A stretch of DNA of 50,284 nt from Ginsengibacter sp. (GCA_051959055.1 JBQCFO010000051.1:1-50284); one strand, 5' to 3'; positions 19,468 through 29,521 are shown, counted from the stretch's first letter. Translations and numbers: made by a program. The notes: a model not told the origin generated them from the sequence alone.

Positions 19468-19626
19468 CAGTTTTTTAAAATCCTTGTGAGCCTCAAATAT
19501 ACTTGATGAAAATTAAAAATCATCCGAAATGCGATAAAAACGAATTTTTTTTAGCAAAACATCCATTTTTGATTGTTTAATTTTACAACAATCATTTTTC
19601 TTTCAATAAAATTAAAAATAAACAAA

Positions 19627-20073
19627 ATGGATACAGAAGAAAAAAGAGCCGGATTTTTAAAAGAAAACAAAAACCCTGCAGAAATAAACAATGAGGAATG
19701 GAAGAAAATATTACCACAGGATGTCTATCACATTGCCCGGCAAAAGGGAACCGAAAGGCCGGGAACGGGGAAATTTTATCAACATAATGAGGTAGGAACC
19801 TATTACTGCGCCGTTTGTGGAAACCCGCTTTTTCGCAGCAATGGAAAATTCAACAGCAGTTGCGGATGGCCCAGTTTTTTTGAACCAATCAGCAAAGAAA
19901 GCCTCATTTATCTTCCGGATAATTCTTATGGAATGAAACGAACAGAAGTAGAATGCGGTAAATGCCATTCTCATCTGGGCCATGTCTTTGAAGACGGGCC
20001 ACCACCAACAGGCTTACGTTATTGTATCAATTCCGTAGTACTTGGTTTTGATAAAGCCTTAGAAGAAAAATAA
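19627..20073 (+). CDS. msrB: Peptide-methionine (R)-S-oxide reductase
   Basis: GTERP, GWPSF, HLGHVFEDGP, RYCINS. Confidence 0.96.
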   Translation: MDTEEKRAGFLKENKNPAEINNEEWKKILPQDVYHIARQKGTERPGTGKFYQHNEVGTYYCAVCGNPLFRSNGKFNSSCGWPSFFEPISKESLIYLPDNSYGMKRTEVECGKCHSHLGHVFEDGPPPTGLRYCINSVVLGFDKALEEK

Positions 20074-20076
20074 TTT

Positions 20077-20361
20077 TCAGGGTCTTCCGGTAAATGCCCT
20101 GCGCAGCAGAGCAACAATAAAGGTAAATATAGCTGAGCCGATTATTGCCCAGATGATGGGAAAAGGTTTGCCTTCAACAGTAATGGTGAAAAAATCGGGC
20201 AAACCCATTCTACCGGCAATCCAAAGCCCGATATAAGCGCCGATAAATCCAACAATAATTGAGACCAAACATCCACCAAGATCGTAACCAGCAAGGGATT
20301 GGCCAATACCACCGCAGACCGCGGCAATCAATAAAAGTATGAGAAATCCGATGAGTGTCAT
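20077..20361 (-). CDS. GlsB/YeaQ/YmgE family (transglycosylase-associated) membrane protein
   Basis: Small Gly-rich three-TM protein, IIVGFIGAYIG...AIIGS. Confidence 0.8.
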   Translation of the reverse strand: MTLIGFLILLLIAAVCGGIGQSLAGYDLGGCLVSIIVGFIGAYIGLWIAGRMGLPDFFTITVEGKPFPIIWAIIGSAIFTFIVALLRRAFTGRP

Positions 20362-20550
20362 GTTTTTAAAATTTTATTGAAAATAAGATTTTTTCTAATT
20401 CAACAAGATTTTTATTCCGATAATTTAAAAAAGGAACCACAGTAAACAAACAAATAAGCGGCTTTGCTATTTTCCTTTTTAATAAAAATTGTTGAATTTA
20501 AAATTTCAGGTGTCATCTTTGCTTTGTAATAAAACAAAAGCATTAAAAGA

Positions 20551-21345
20551 ATGATGAATCTGAAACCGGCTGAAAAAAAAATTATTTCTAAAAAAATAGA
20601 TACTTTTTTTATTAACCTTTATGATGCTTTTCAATTTATAATCCGTTTTTTTAAAGAAGCATTCAAACCTCCTTACGAGGTTAAAGAAGTTATCAAACAA
20701 TGCTATGAAGTCGGTTATAAATCCCTCTTTTTAATTACCCTTACCGGCTTCATTACCGGATTGGTTTTTACAAAACAATCGCGTCCATCTCTTTCAGAAT
20801 TTGGCGCTACTTCATGGTTACCAAGTTTGGTTGCCATCGCTATTATCCGTGCACTTGCGCCATTGGTAACTGCTTTGATATGCGCCGGAAAAGTAGGATC
20901 CAATATTGCAGCAGAACTTGGCTCGATGAAAGTAACTGAGCAGATTGATGCCATGGAGGTATCTGCAGTGAATCCGTTTAAATTTTTAGTGGTGAGTCGT
21001 GTTTTAGCAACCACACTAATGATTCCTCTGCTGATGTGCTATACCGGTTTTGTGGCAATGATGGGCGCATTTTTAAATGTACATCAAAATGAAATGACCA
21101 GTTTTATTACATTTTTTCAACAGGCATTTGATAAAATATCTTTCCTTGATATTTTTTCTTCACTTTTTAAAAGTATTGTTTACGGATTTACTATCGGAAT
21201 TGTAGGCTGTTACAAAGGTTTTCATGCAACAAACGGAACAGCGGGTGTAGGAAAAGCAGCGAATTTATCGGTAGTACTTTCTATGTTTTTAATTTTTATA
21301 GAAGAGATTCTTATTGTTCAGATCACAAATAGTTTAAGGCCGTGA
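20551..21345 (+). CDS. mlaE: MlaE family ABC permease
   Basis: AGKVGS.IAAELGSMKVTEQIDAMEV, GVGKA motifs. Confidence 0.92.
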   Translation: MMNLKPAEKKIISKKIDTFFINLYDAFQFIIRFFKEAFKPPYEVKEVIKQCYEVGYKSLFLITLTGFITGLVFTKQSRPSLSEFGATSWLPSLVAIAIIRALAPLVTALICAGKVGSNIAAELGSMKVTEQIDAMEVSAVNPFKFLVVSRVLATTLMIPLLMCYTGFVAMMGAFLNVHQNEMTSFITFFQQAFDKISFLDIFSSLFKSIVYGFTIGIVGCYKGFHATNGTAGVGKAANLSVVLSMFLIFIEEILIVQITNSLRP

Positions 21346-22121
21346 TAATGGAAAGGAAAAATGAAAGTAGCGATGAGTTTGAAATGATGATTTCTATTAT
21401 GGATTTGTATAAATCTTTTGGTGAAAATCATGTATTGCGCGGCGTGAATCTGCAGGTAAAAAATAAAGAAAATGTAGTGGTTTTAGGAAGATCGGGAACA
21501 GGCAAATCGGTTTTAATTAAAATTATTTGTGGTTTATTAAAACCAGACCAGGGAAGTGTAAATGTGTTGGGAAAAGAAGTAGAATTATTAAATGAAAAAG
21601 AATTACAAAAGCTTCGTTTGCAAATCGGTTTTTCTTTTCAGAGCAGCGCATTATACGACAGCATGACGGTAAGGGAAAATCTTGCTTTCCCATTGGTAAG
21701 GCATTCAAAACATTTATCAAAAAAAGAAGTTACCCAACAAATAGAAAGCGTGTTGGATGCGGTAGGATTATTGCAGACGATAAATCAAATGCCCGCTGAA
21801 TTGTCGGGTGGCCAAAGGAAAAGAATTGGTATTGCGCGAACCCTCATCCTGCGGCCTAAAATCATGTTGTATGATGAACCAACATCCGGACTGGATCCTA
21901 TCACCAGTATTGAAATCAATAACCTAATCAATCTCGTGAAACATGAATTTAACACCACTTCCATCATCATTACCCACGATCTCACTTGTGCAAAGACCAC
22001 CGGCGATAAAGTGGCGATGTTATTTGACGGAAAGTTTATAAAGCAAGGTACTTTTGATGAAGTATTTAGCAGCGATGATGAAAGAATTCAAAATTTTTAT
22101 AAATACAATTTTATTAAATAG
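21342..22121 (+). CDS. mlaF: MlaF family ABC ATP-binding protein
   Basis: GRSGTGKS, LSGGQRKR, YDEPTSGLDP. Lies between mlaE and mlaD. Confidence 0.9.
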   Translation: MIMERKNESSDEFEMMISIMDLYKSFGENHVLRGVNLQVKNKENVVVLGRSGTGKSVLIKIICGLLKPDQGSVNVLGKEVELLNEKELQKLRLQIGFSFQSSALYDSMTVRENLAFPLVRHSKHLSKKEVTQQIESVLDAVGLLQTINQMPAELSGGQRKRIGIARTLILRPKIMLYDEPTSGLDPITSIEINNLINLVKHEFNTTSIIITHDLTCAKTTGDKVAMLFDGKFIKQGTFDEVFSSDDERIQNFYKYNFIK

Positions 22122-22123
22122 TT

Positions 22124-23143
22124 ATGAGATCAACAGGAAACAGAAGAGCAGTCATTGTGGGAGTATTTATCTTCCTCGGACTGGCCATTTTTATCTGGAC
22201 AGTGCTGACGCTTGGTTCACAGAAAAAAGCTTTTGGAAATTCCGTTACCATTAAATCCTATTTTGATAATGTAAACGGTTTGCAAAAGGGAAATAATGTT
22301 TGGTTTTCGGGAGTAAAAGTAGGTACCATTAAAAAAGTAACACTTATAGGAAACGAACGGGTGGAAGTGGATATGAATATTGAAGAACATTCGCTTCCCT
22401 TTATCCGGAAAAATGCAAAAGCCCGGCTGAGTACAGATGGATTGATCGGAAATAAAATAGTGGAAATTTATGGCGGTACATCTAAAGCGCCGCCCATTGA
22501 AGATGGCGACATGCTCAACAATGACAAATTATTAAGTACCGATGAAATGATGAATACGCTTGCAAAGAATAATGACAACCTGCTGGCCATAACTGCTAAT
22601 TTTAAAACGCTCAGCAACAATCTTGTTGCAGGAAAAGGTTCAATTGGTAAATTGTTGAATGATGAGACGTTGGCAAACCAACTAAATAACACTGTAATTA
22701 TTCTGAACAAAACGACAGCGAACCTTGAAAAACTTACCGCAAACGTTTCGGCTTATACAGCAAAACTGAATGAAAAAGGTGGCTTGTTGAACGATCTCGT
22801 AACCGATACAGTTATCTTTAGCAGATTGCGGGCAACGGTTTCACAACTTCAAAATGTGGCCGATCAATCGAAGCATATTATGGGTAATTTAGATTCAGCA
22901 ACGGTCAATTTGAATAAAGGACTAAATAATAAAAATGCTCCTGCAGGAATGTTTCTACATGATGAAAAAACCGCTACATCTTTGAAAATTACTTTCCAGA
23001 ATCTGCAGGCAGCAAGCAAAAAATTAGACGAAGACCTGGAAGCGGTACAACATAATTTTTTACTGCGTGGATTTTTTAAAAAGAAAGCAAAAAACGATAA
23101 GCAAAATGAACGGGTTGTTTTGGATACTACGGTTATGAGGTAG
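22124..23143 (+). CDS. mlaD: MlaD/MCE family protein
   Basis: N-terminal TM, GLQKGNNVWFSGVKVGTI, GLIGNK, coiled-coil tail. Confidence 0.9.
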   Translation: MRSTGNRRAVIVGVFIFLGLAIFIWTVLTLGSQKKAFGNSVTIKSYFDNVNGLQKGNNVWFSGVKVGTIKKVTLIGNERVEVDMNIEEHSLPFIRKNAKARLSTDGLIGNKIVEIYGGTSKAPPIEDGDMLNNDKLLSTDEMMNTLAKNNDNLLAITANFKTLSNNLVAGKGSIGKLLNDETLANQLNNTVIILNKTTANLEKLTANVSAYTAKLNEKGGLLNDLVTDTVIFSRLRATVSQLQNVADQSKHIMGNLDSATVNLNKGLNNKNAPAGMFLHDEKTATSLKITFQNLQAASKKLDEDLEAVQHNFLLRGFFKKKAKNDKQNERVVLDTTVMR

Positions 23144-23203
23144 CGTTTCTAAGAGCCAAATCTTCCTGGCTTTTAACCGCTCTTTTAACTTTAACTTTTC
23201 TAA

Positions 23204-23278
23204 AAAACCTTCCTGGTTTAAACATGGTTATTTTTGTTTTTATATTAAATGCAGCTCTCGAAAAACCAAGAAGGTTTT
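23204..23278. repeat. REP-like inverted pair AAAACCTTCCTGGTTT / AAACCAAGAAGGTTTT
   Basis: 16-bp inverted repeat with one mismatch (23204-23219, 23263-23278). Degenerate copies near 23158 and 23314. Confidence 0.6.
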
Positions 23279-23340
23279 GGCCGACTCTTTTATAATTTAA
23301 CGATTCTTAAATAAAACCTCATGGTTTGAAAAAGGACTTT

Positions 23341-23778
23341 ATGAAAAAAACTTTCTTTTATTTTATCCTCGCATTCACCTCTTTCAGTTTTCAGCAATGC
23401 AGCGCGCAGAAGCCGGTTAACTGGACTGCGGATCAATTGATAGAGCCATCCGTGTTGGCAAAAACAATTGAATCAAATAAAGACCTGCCGCTGATTTATT
23501 GTGTTGGCCCCGGAGTAGTTATTCCGCATTCAATTGATATCGGCATGTCGGACGATGAAAAGAATTTAGCGAAATTTAAAGATTCGCTATCCAAGTTGCC
23601 ACGCAATTCCAATATCGTTATTTATTGTGGTTGTTGCCCTTTCGACCATTGTCCGAACGTACGGCCGGCAATCGCTTTGCTGCAACAAATGAAATTTACC
23701 AATTATCACTTGCTCAACCTGCCACACAATATCAAGACAGATTGGATTGCAAAAGGGTATCCGGAAGTGAAGCAATAA
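23341..23778 (+). CDS. Secreted rhodanese-like domain protein
   Basis: Signal peptide, IVIYCGCCPFDHCPN, DWIAKGYP. Confidence 0.8.
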   Translation: MKKTFFYFILAFTSFSFQQCSAQKPVNWTADQLIEPSVLAKTIESNKDLPLIYCVGPGVVIPHSIDIGMSDDEKNLAKFKDSLSKLPRNSNIVIYCGCCPFDHCPNVRPAIALLQQMKFTNYHLLNLPHNIKTDWIAKGYPEVKQ

Positions 23779-23828
23779 CGCTGAAGGCGGAAGGCAGAGA
23801 GCAAGGCATCAACCAAAATTATTTATAA

Positions 23829-24470
23829 ATGAAAAAATTAATAAGAATAAATACTTTTCTCTTCCTCGCAATATTGTATGCTGGTTTTTGCAAGGCACAG
23901 GACGATTTGCCTGATGCAAGAAGAAAAACCGAATCTTTTGCACGGTTTCATACTCCGGAAATGCGCACCGAACTGGCAACTTTTACCTTATCCGGTATCA
24001 GCGAGAGCGTGGGCCTAACTCCTTTAAAAAAAATCACTTATACATCTTTGGGAAACGATTCTATTGTTTTTGAAGGAGATGGAATAAAAGCGAAAGTCAA
24101 AATAGCGCCTTTTGATCCGGCAAAACACAAACTTTCTTTTGATGAGAAATACCTGGTGCGAATCGACAGGAAACCTTATTATGGAAATTATTTAAAAACA
24201 CCAAAGACCAGGATCAGTGAAGTAACCATGATCATTGATCGCGATACAGTTTCAATTCCCCCGGCCGCTTATGACGATCTTTTCAATTTAAATTTTACTT
24301 ATCTTGATAAAGGCGTAGAACGCACTACAGATGCGGTTTATATATCAAAAGACCGTCAAACAGTTTATCTTTATCTTTTTTGCAAAGACAACACCGGAAG
24401 CTATGAGGTAACCTGGATCTTTCAAAATAGAAAATATTTACGGAGAGTTTTGGATTATGGATTTATGTAA
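23829..24470 (+). CDS. Hypothetical secreted protein
   Basis: 213-aa ORF with signal peptide. Confidence 0.7.
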   Translation: MKKLIRINTFLFLAILYAGFCKAQDDLPDARRKTESFARFHTPEMRTELATFTLSGISESVGLTPLKKITYTSLGNDSIVFEGDGIKAKVKIAPFDPAKHKLSFDEKYLVRIDRKPYYGNYLKTPKTRISEVTMIIDRDTVSIPPAAYDDLFNLNFTYLDKGVERTTDAVYISKDRQTVYLYLFCKDNTGSYEVTWIFQNRKYLRRVLDYGFM

Positions 24471-24550
24471 AAATCGAAAACCAGGAATTCAGATTATTTA
24501 TTGGTTTACTGAATATTCAATAGTCAACACAATATTCAATACTCAAGGTT

Positions 24551-24982
24551 TTAACCCAACAAATAAGCCAACCCATTACTAACCGGTTCACATAAATTCT
24601 GTACATTTTTTTCACGGAATAATTTTTCCATTTGCTGGCGTACTTTTTTATACTCATCATGAATCGGGCAGGGATGTTTTGCGGAACATTGGCTAAGTCC
24701 TAATCCACAACTTATAAAGATTTGTTTGCCATCAATGGCTTCAACAATATTTATGATCGGTTGTTTTTTTTGTTGTTCAGAAATGTAAAACCCGCCTGTC
24801 GGCCCTTTCATGCTTTTTATTACATTTTGCTTTACTAAGGTTTGCAGGATTTTACCGACAGTATGTTCACTGGCATTAATAAACTCAGCAATTTCTTTAA
24901 TGCCGGCATTTCCCTTGGTATCAAATTTGGAACAAAGGTAAATAACGGCTTTTATGGCAATTTTACAGGTTTTGCTCAACAT
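24551..24982 (-). CDS. Rrf2 family transcriptional regulator (NsrR/IscR-like)
   Basis: wHTH, S.KGPTGGF, CGLGLSQCSAKHPCPIH three-Cys motif. Confidence 0.92.
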   Translation of the reverse strand: MLSKTCKIAIKAVIYLCSKFDTKGNAGIKEIAEFINASEHTVGKILQTLVKQNVIKSMKGPTGGFYISEQQKKQPIINIVEAIDGKQIFISCGLGLSQCSAKHPCPIHDEYKKVRQQMEKLFREKNVQNLCEPVSNGLAYLLG

Positions 24983-24985
24983 AAC

Positions 24986-25309
24986 TTACATGTTTAAAAA
25001 TTCACGTCCTTCTTCTGAAATTTTGTGCGAACTCCATGGCGGATCGAAAGTAATTTTTGTTTCCACTTCATAACCCGGAAACGTTTGTTCCAACGCATTT
25101 GTGATGCCACTATTGATAGTTTCGCCCATCGGGCAAAATTGGGTGGTTAATGAATGCGAACAAAAAAGTTTCTTATTATTTTCGTCAAAATCAATCTGGT
25201 AAATTAATCCAAGATCCACCACATTCAATCCTATTTCCGGGTCATCTACAAACTTGAGTGCACCGAGCGCCAGGTCTAATTTCGCTTCGTCATTAGTAAT
25301 TTCATTCAT
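24986..25309 (-). CDS. Metal-sulfur cluster assembly factor (DUF59/SufT-like)
   Basis: DPEIGLNVVDLGLIY, TTQFCP, FDPPW. Confidence 0.92.
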   Translation of the reverse strand: MNEITNDEAKLDLALGALKFVDDPEIGLNVVDLGLIYQIDFDENNKKLFCSHSLTTQFCPMGETINSGITNALEQTFPGYEVETKITFDPPWSSHKISEEGREFLNM

Positions 25310-25311
25310 AA

Positions 25312-26595
25312 CTATTTCGGTTTATGCGTGATTGCTTTCCAAACATTTCCATTGTACAAAATCGCTGTGATTAATAAAAGTATGGCAGCAATTTTTAAAA
25401 TCAATCCATTGGAAATAAGAATACCGGCTGCAAATAAAATGAAACCGGTAAGATAAAAAATCACCATTCCCAAAAAAATTCTGTCGCTGAATAATTCTTT
25501 TGGATTTGGCGTTTTTCCCAACCCCGCTTTATCATGATATACTTTATTCCAAACAATAAATGGCAATGTTTTGAAAGTCATTCCAAAAATAATGGCTGTA
25601 ATCCACCCAAAAAAAATACAGAAACCATAGGTAAGACTCATGCTATAATTACTGGTAGAAATTAACAACCATAAAATAATAATTAACAAAAAAAACAGCG
25701 GCAGAACCATCATCAAAACAGACAGTAAAGAAATTTTTACCTGGTAATCTACCTTTCTACGAATCCTTTCGTGGTAAGCATGATAACAATAATATCCAAA
25801 CATGAATATTGCTGCTGCTACATCAACCAGTGGCAGCAAATAAAGCCTGGTAATTTTAAAGTATAGAAAGAAAATAATAAAACTGATGAGGGCAAAGTTG
25901 ATCAATGCATAAATCCACCAAAGCAGTTTATTGTTGTTGTATTTTGAAATGAGAAATAAAGGAATCAGCCGCGAGCCTACTCCAATTACCAACAACAAAA
26001 ACCAACCGATAATTCCTAAATGCGCATGAAGCGGGAGATAAGATAAGGAGTCTTTTGATAAGATATTATACGTGAAATTGTAAATTAAAAACAATCCTAC
26101 AATGGTGGTAATTATCAACCAAAGCGTACCGGTAAAAACAAAAACCGCATGTACATTTTCCTGCTTGCTTTTTGCCATGCTTACGGCAATATTTACGAGA
26201 TATAGTAAGATAGCAATATTAATTAAAATAGCGCCTGATTGTGCAGTCCATCCAAAATCAAACCGGTAAAAACCAATCACCAAAAGTGGAATTCCAACTG
26301 CTGCAAATGCAAAAGAAAGATAGGCCAATACATTGCTGTATAATTTCCCTTCAATCAAAACCGGCACCAATTGATGGCTCGCTCCAAGTATCATCATCGT
26401 GCCCCAGCCCAATGCCAAAACGTGTGTGATAGCAAGTGTATGCGGATGAAAATAATGTTGTAAGAAAGCGGAAGTAGAAAAAATCAAGAACATCGTTGCG
26501 ACTAAAAAAGAAATGCCGGCATACAAATAAAACGGCAATACTACTTTATAAGAAGTGTTTTGGGCAAGGCCGGTATTGGGAGTTCCAGATAACAT
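25312..26595 (-). CDS. Polytopic membrane protein with conserved intramembrane His (heme-copper oxidase I / NnrS-like)
   Basis: About 12 TMs, TH..ALGW and HAHLGIIGW motifs in duplicated halves. Confidence 0.7.
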   Translation of the reverse strand: MLSGTPNTGLAQNTSYKVVLPFYLYAGISFLVATMFLIFSTSAFLQHYFHPHTLAITHVLALGWGTMMILGASHQLVPVLIEGKLYSNVLAYLSFAFAAVGIPLLVIGFYRFDFGWTAQSGAILINIAILLYLVNIAVSMAKSKQENVHAVFVFTGTLWLIITTIVGLFLIYNFTYNILSKDSLSYLPLHAHLGIIGWFLLLVIGVGSRLIPLFLISKYNNNKLLWWIYALINFALISFIIFFLYFKITRLYLLPLVDVAAAIFMFGYYCYHAYHERIRRKVDYQVKISLLSVLMMVLPLFFLLIIILWLLISTSNYSMSLTYGFCIFFGWITAIIFGMTFKTLPFIVWNKVYHDKAGLGKTPNPKELFSDRIFLGMVIFYLTGFILFAAGILISNGLILKIAAILLLITAILYNGNVWKAITHKPK

Positions 26596-26596
26596 T

Positions 26597-27409
26597 TTAA
26601 TCTTTAAAAATCAACAGGCGCACTTCGTTTGGCGCTTCTTCTTTTATACGATAATCAAATTTTCTTTCTTTTAATTCGGGTAATAAAAAAACAGGAATTC
26701 GTTTATGATAAACAAATAATGCATTCCCTTGTGGCAATTTTTCTATTGCTTCGAGAATCGTCATCATCGGTTGCGGCATTTCTAAATAACGCACATCAAC
26801 TGTTTGCATTTTTCCTTCAAATTTTTGCAACAATTCATCCCAACCTTCGTCATTGTTTTCCTCAACATTTATTCCTACGGCGGCATCGCTTGTTTTGTAA
26901 AAATAAGTTTCTACTAAATCCACCTCAATCTCATCAACAAAATATTCAAATCCCTGTTTTTTCAACAAAGAAATTAACGGAGCCGGTTCAAAACCATTGA
27001 TGATTTTGAGTGCGCCACCTTGAGGGATTTTCTTCACTCTATCTACTATTGATGAAAGCGGATCATCGCCGGCATCAATCAGTGGGCGCACATCAAAATC
27101 AACAATTTGTTCTGGTTTGAGGATATTAAAAAAAGCAGGTAGTTTTGGTCGTTCCCTGTGTGTTTCCGATTTAGTCTGCTTGTCGATTTCAAATCCCAGT
27201 GGTTGTAGTTTCTCAAAAAATTTTTCTACATTAAATCCGCCAATTTTTGCTGCCATTCCAATGCTTGTTCTTGCCGCCATCAACTTTCTCAACAATGGAT
27301 TCCGCAGCTTTTCAAATTTTGCATTAATACTGATAATCGCTTCGAGTGCCTCAGGATTTTCTTTTAAAATTTTTGCAATTTTTGTATTGGCGTTTATCAT
27401 CATGCTCAT
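26597..27409 (-). CDS. DUF1858 + DUF2249 domain protein
   Basis: N-terminal INANTKIAKIL..P, then DVRP...DP...INGFEPAPL and DVRYLEMPQPM...H.RIP..L repeats. Confidence 0.8.
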   Translation of the reverse strand: MSMMINANTKIAKILKENPEALEAIISINAKFEKLRNPLLRKLMAARTSIGMAAKIGGFNVEKFFEKLQPLGFEIDKQTKSETHRERPKLPAFFNILKPEQIVDFDVRPLIDAGDDPLSSIVDRVKKIPQGGALKIINGFEPAPLISLLKKQGFEYFVDEIEVDLVETYFYKTSDAAVGINVEENNDEGWDELLQKFEGKMQTVDVRYLEMPQPMMTILEAIEKLPQGNALFVYHKRIPVFLLPELKERKFDYRIKEEAPNEVRLLIFKD

Positions 27410-27855
27410 TCAAAGTAATTGTGATAATCATCTATCCTTTTGTCAATAGAATTAAATATTTGCCGGCTGTTGGAAGTGTCAGAGATTTCTTTCAATCTTT
27501 TATTGTCTTGCAAAATCGTCTCCAGCCAATGATGCAGCGCTTCATGATCCGGGCCAGCCATTTTACATTGCCGGATCATTTCGTTTAATCCATTACCTAA
27601 GTCAGAACTCAATATCTGGTAATCATTTTTGTTCGGAAAAGGCTTCATCCTAAAATTGTCGGCTATCGTTTTGAGAATTACTACATTATGATTTGTAATG
27701 GAATCTGCTTTCCATTTGGCACCATTATTTAGCGTTAAGTCTGCATTCTGAACATTTGCATGATCAGTATGTCCATTGGTATTTGCTTTGTCAGCATTTT
27801 CATTGCATGCCAATAAGAAAACGGTACATACAAAAGTGAGCAGCATCTTTTTCAT
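27406..27855 (-). CDS. Hypothetical lipoprotein (helical, CxMxGxDHxALHxW)
   Basis: Lipobox LLAC, LNNGAKWKAD and CKMAGPDHEALHHW motifs. Confidence 0.75.
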   Translation of the reverse strand: MKKMLLTFVCTVFLLACNENADKANTNGHTDHANVQNADLTLNNGAKWKADSITNHNVVILKTIADNFRMKPFPNKNDYQILSSDLGNGLNEMIRQCKMAGPDHEALHHWLETILQDNKRLKEISDTSNSRQIFNSIDKRIDDYHNYFE

Positions 27856-27962
27856 AAACTGATTTTTGATGATTCAGTAAAACAATGAAATAACGCGCTT
27901 CATTTTATTTTTAATCCTGAACACATCTTAAGATATAAAAATCGTCAAAAGCCCGTGGCGTT

Positions 27963-29444
27963 TTAGCAATGCAGCGGGCTTTTCATCAATTCTAAATCAA
28001 GAGCCTTCGGAAATAAAATATTGTTTTCGAGATGAACATGAATATGCAAGTCATTTTCAAATTCATCCAGGGTTTTAAATAAGAAAGAATAGCTGGCACA
28101 GGCATCTTCAGGTAATGCATAATTTTTGCTTATTTTTCTCATTTCATCCATGTGATTACCTACCACTTCATGTTCCATTTCCATCATATTGATAGGCGTT
28201 TCAACCGAATCAAGATTTCCAAATGTCAATTTGCCATTTCCATTGTTTTTTGCAGCAACCAATTGTTTTACATAAGGAAATAAAACAGTTTCTTCTTTCA
28301 CCATGTGAGAAGACATTTCATCGCAAACTTCCTGAGCAAGCTTATTAATCTGCAATAATTCCGGATGATGAGCGCCATGGACTTTCGCTACTTTTTCAGC
28401 ATAAGCACGCAAATCCGGAATGGTTTTTTTCACGTAACTGTGGTGTGTATTTACGATATAATCTGCAAGAAAATCAAGGTTCCAGTCATTATATGGTAAA
28501 GGTTTTGCAGCAAAAGGAGTTTTATCGCTGTTTTGTAATTCCTGCTCTACCTTGGTTACATCAATTCCTTTTTCAGCACATGCCTGTTTCACCGTTTTCT
28601 TTCCTCCGCAACAAAAATCCAAGCCATATTTTTTAAACACTTCTGCTTTACGAAGGTCTTTTGCAGCAATTTCTCCAAGTGTTTCATCTGCCGTGCCCTC
28701 CGGTCTTTTTGAAATTTTTACGCGCCACAATTTGGGCCCTTGTTCCAGGTATTCCCAGGTAAAAATATTTCCCCTTTCACCGAGCAACTGATAGTACAAC
28801 GGCTTTGGATCGTGGTCGTTATGAATGGTTAAACTTTCACCGGCTTTGAGTTCATCAAATTTCATAAAAATGGTCGGATGTTTTAGCCTGGGCTCAATTG
28901 CAGTAACATTCAAAATATTTTCTTTGTTATTTTCTTTCCTCTCTTCTTCGGCTTGTATTAAATCATTTTTAGTGATTTTTATTTTAAATATTTCAGGCCC
29001 TTGTTCGATGTAATCCCATCCAAATACTTTTCCATGAATATTTTCCAGTTGAAAGCGTAACGGGAGCGGATCGTGGTCATTCTGCAAAATGAAACTGGCA
29101 CCTGGCTTTAATTCATCAAAACGATTAAAAATAGTAGCATGTTTTATTGCAGGATGTAACAAAGTAGCATCCAGAATGTTTTCATCTTCCTTTTTCGCGT
29201 GTTTCTTTTTGGTGATTTTTACTTTCCACAATTCAGGTCCCTGCTCCAGGTATTCCCAGGTAAAAATATCACCTCTTTCTGCGGATAACTCATAATAAAG
29301 GGGTTTGGGGTCGTGATCGTTATGAAGAATCAGGCTTTCCCCTGAAATCAATTCATCAAACCTGACAAAAATGGTCGGATGTTTTTGCTTAGGTTCTAAT
29401 AAAGTAACATTGAGAATATTTTCATTTTCCAGAGCTGTTTCCAT
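27963..29444 (-). CDS. ric: Iron-sulfur cluster repair di-iron protein with three N-terminal DUF2249 repeats
   Basis: DFCCGG (ScdA_N), hemerythrin HH..HM.KEE..LFP / EH..H.HLENNILFP, three NDHDP-containing repeats. Confidence 0.93.
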   Translation of the reverse strand: METALENENILNVTLLEPKQKHPTIFVRFDELISGESLILHNDHDPKPLYYELSAERGDIFTWEYLEQGPELWKVKITKKKHAKKEDENILDATLLHPAIKHATIFNRFDELKPGASFILQNDHDPLPLRFQLENIHGKVFGWDYIEQGPEIFKIKITKNDLIQAEEERKENNKENILNVTAIEPRLKHPTIFMKFDELKAGESLTIHNDHDPKPLYYQLLGERGNIFTWEYLEQGPKLWRVKISKRPEGTADETLGEIAAKDLRKAEVFKKYGLDFCCGGKKTVKQACAEKGIDVTKVEQELQNSDKTPFAAKPLPYNDWNLDFLADYIVNTHHSYVKKTIPDLRAYAEKVAKVHGAHHPELLQINKLAQEVCDEMSSHMVKEETVLFPYVKQLVAAKNNGNGKLTFGNLDSVETPINMMEMEHEVVGNHMDEMRKISKNYALPEDACASYSFLFKTLDEFENDLHIHVHLENNILFPKALDLELMKSPLHC

Positions 29445-29475
29445 GTTATGTGGTTTTTTAAAAATTAAGAGAACG

Positions 29476-29521
29476 CAAAGGTAAAGGTATTTTTGAATAA
29501 AAGTATTAAAGTACTTTTATT
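29476..29521 (-). promoter_or_regulatory. ric operon promoter with palindromic operator
   Basis: TACCTTTG box at 29483-29476. Perfect 10-6-10 palindrome AATAAAAGTA-ttaaag-TACTTTTATT at 29496-29521. Confidence 0.75.
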
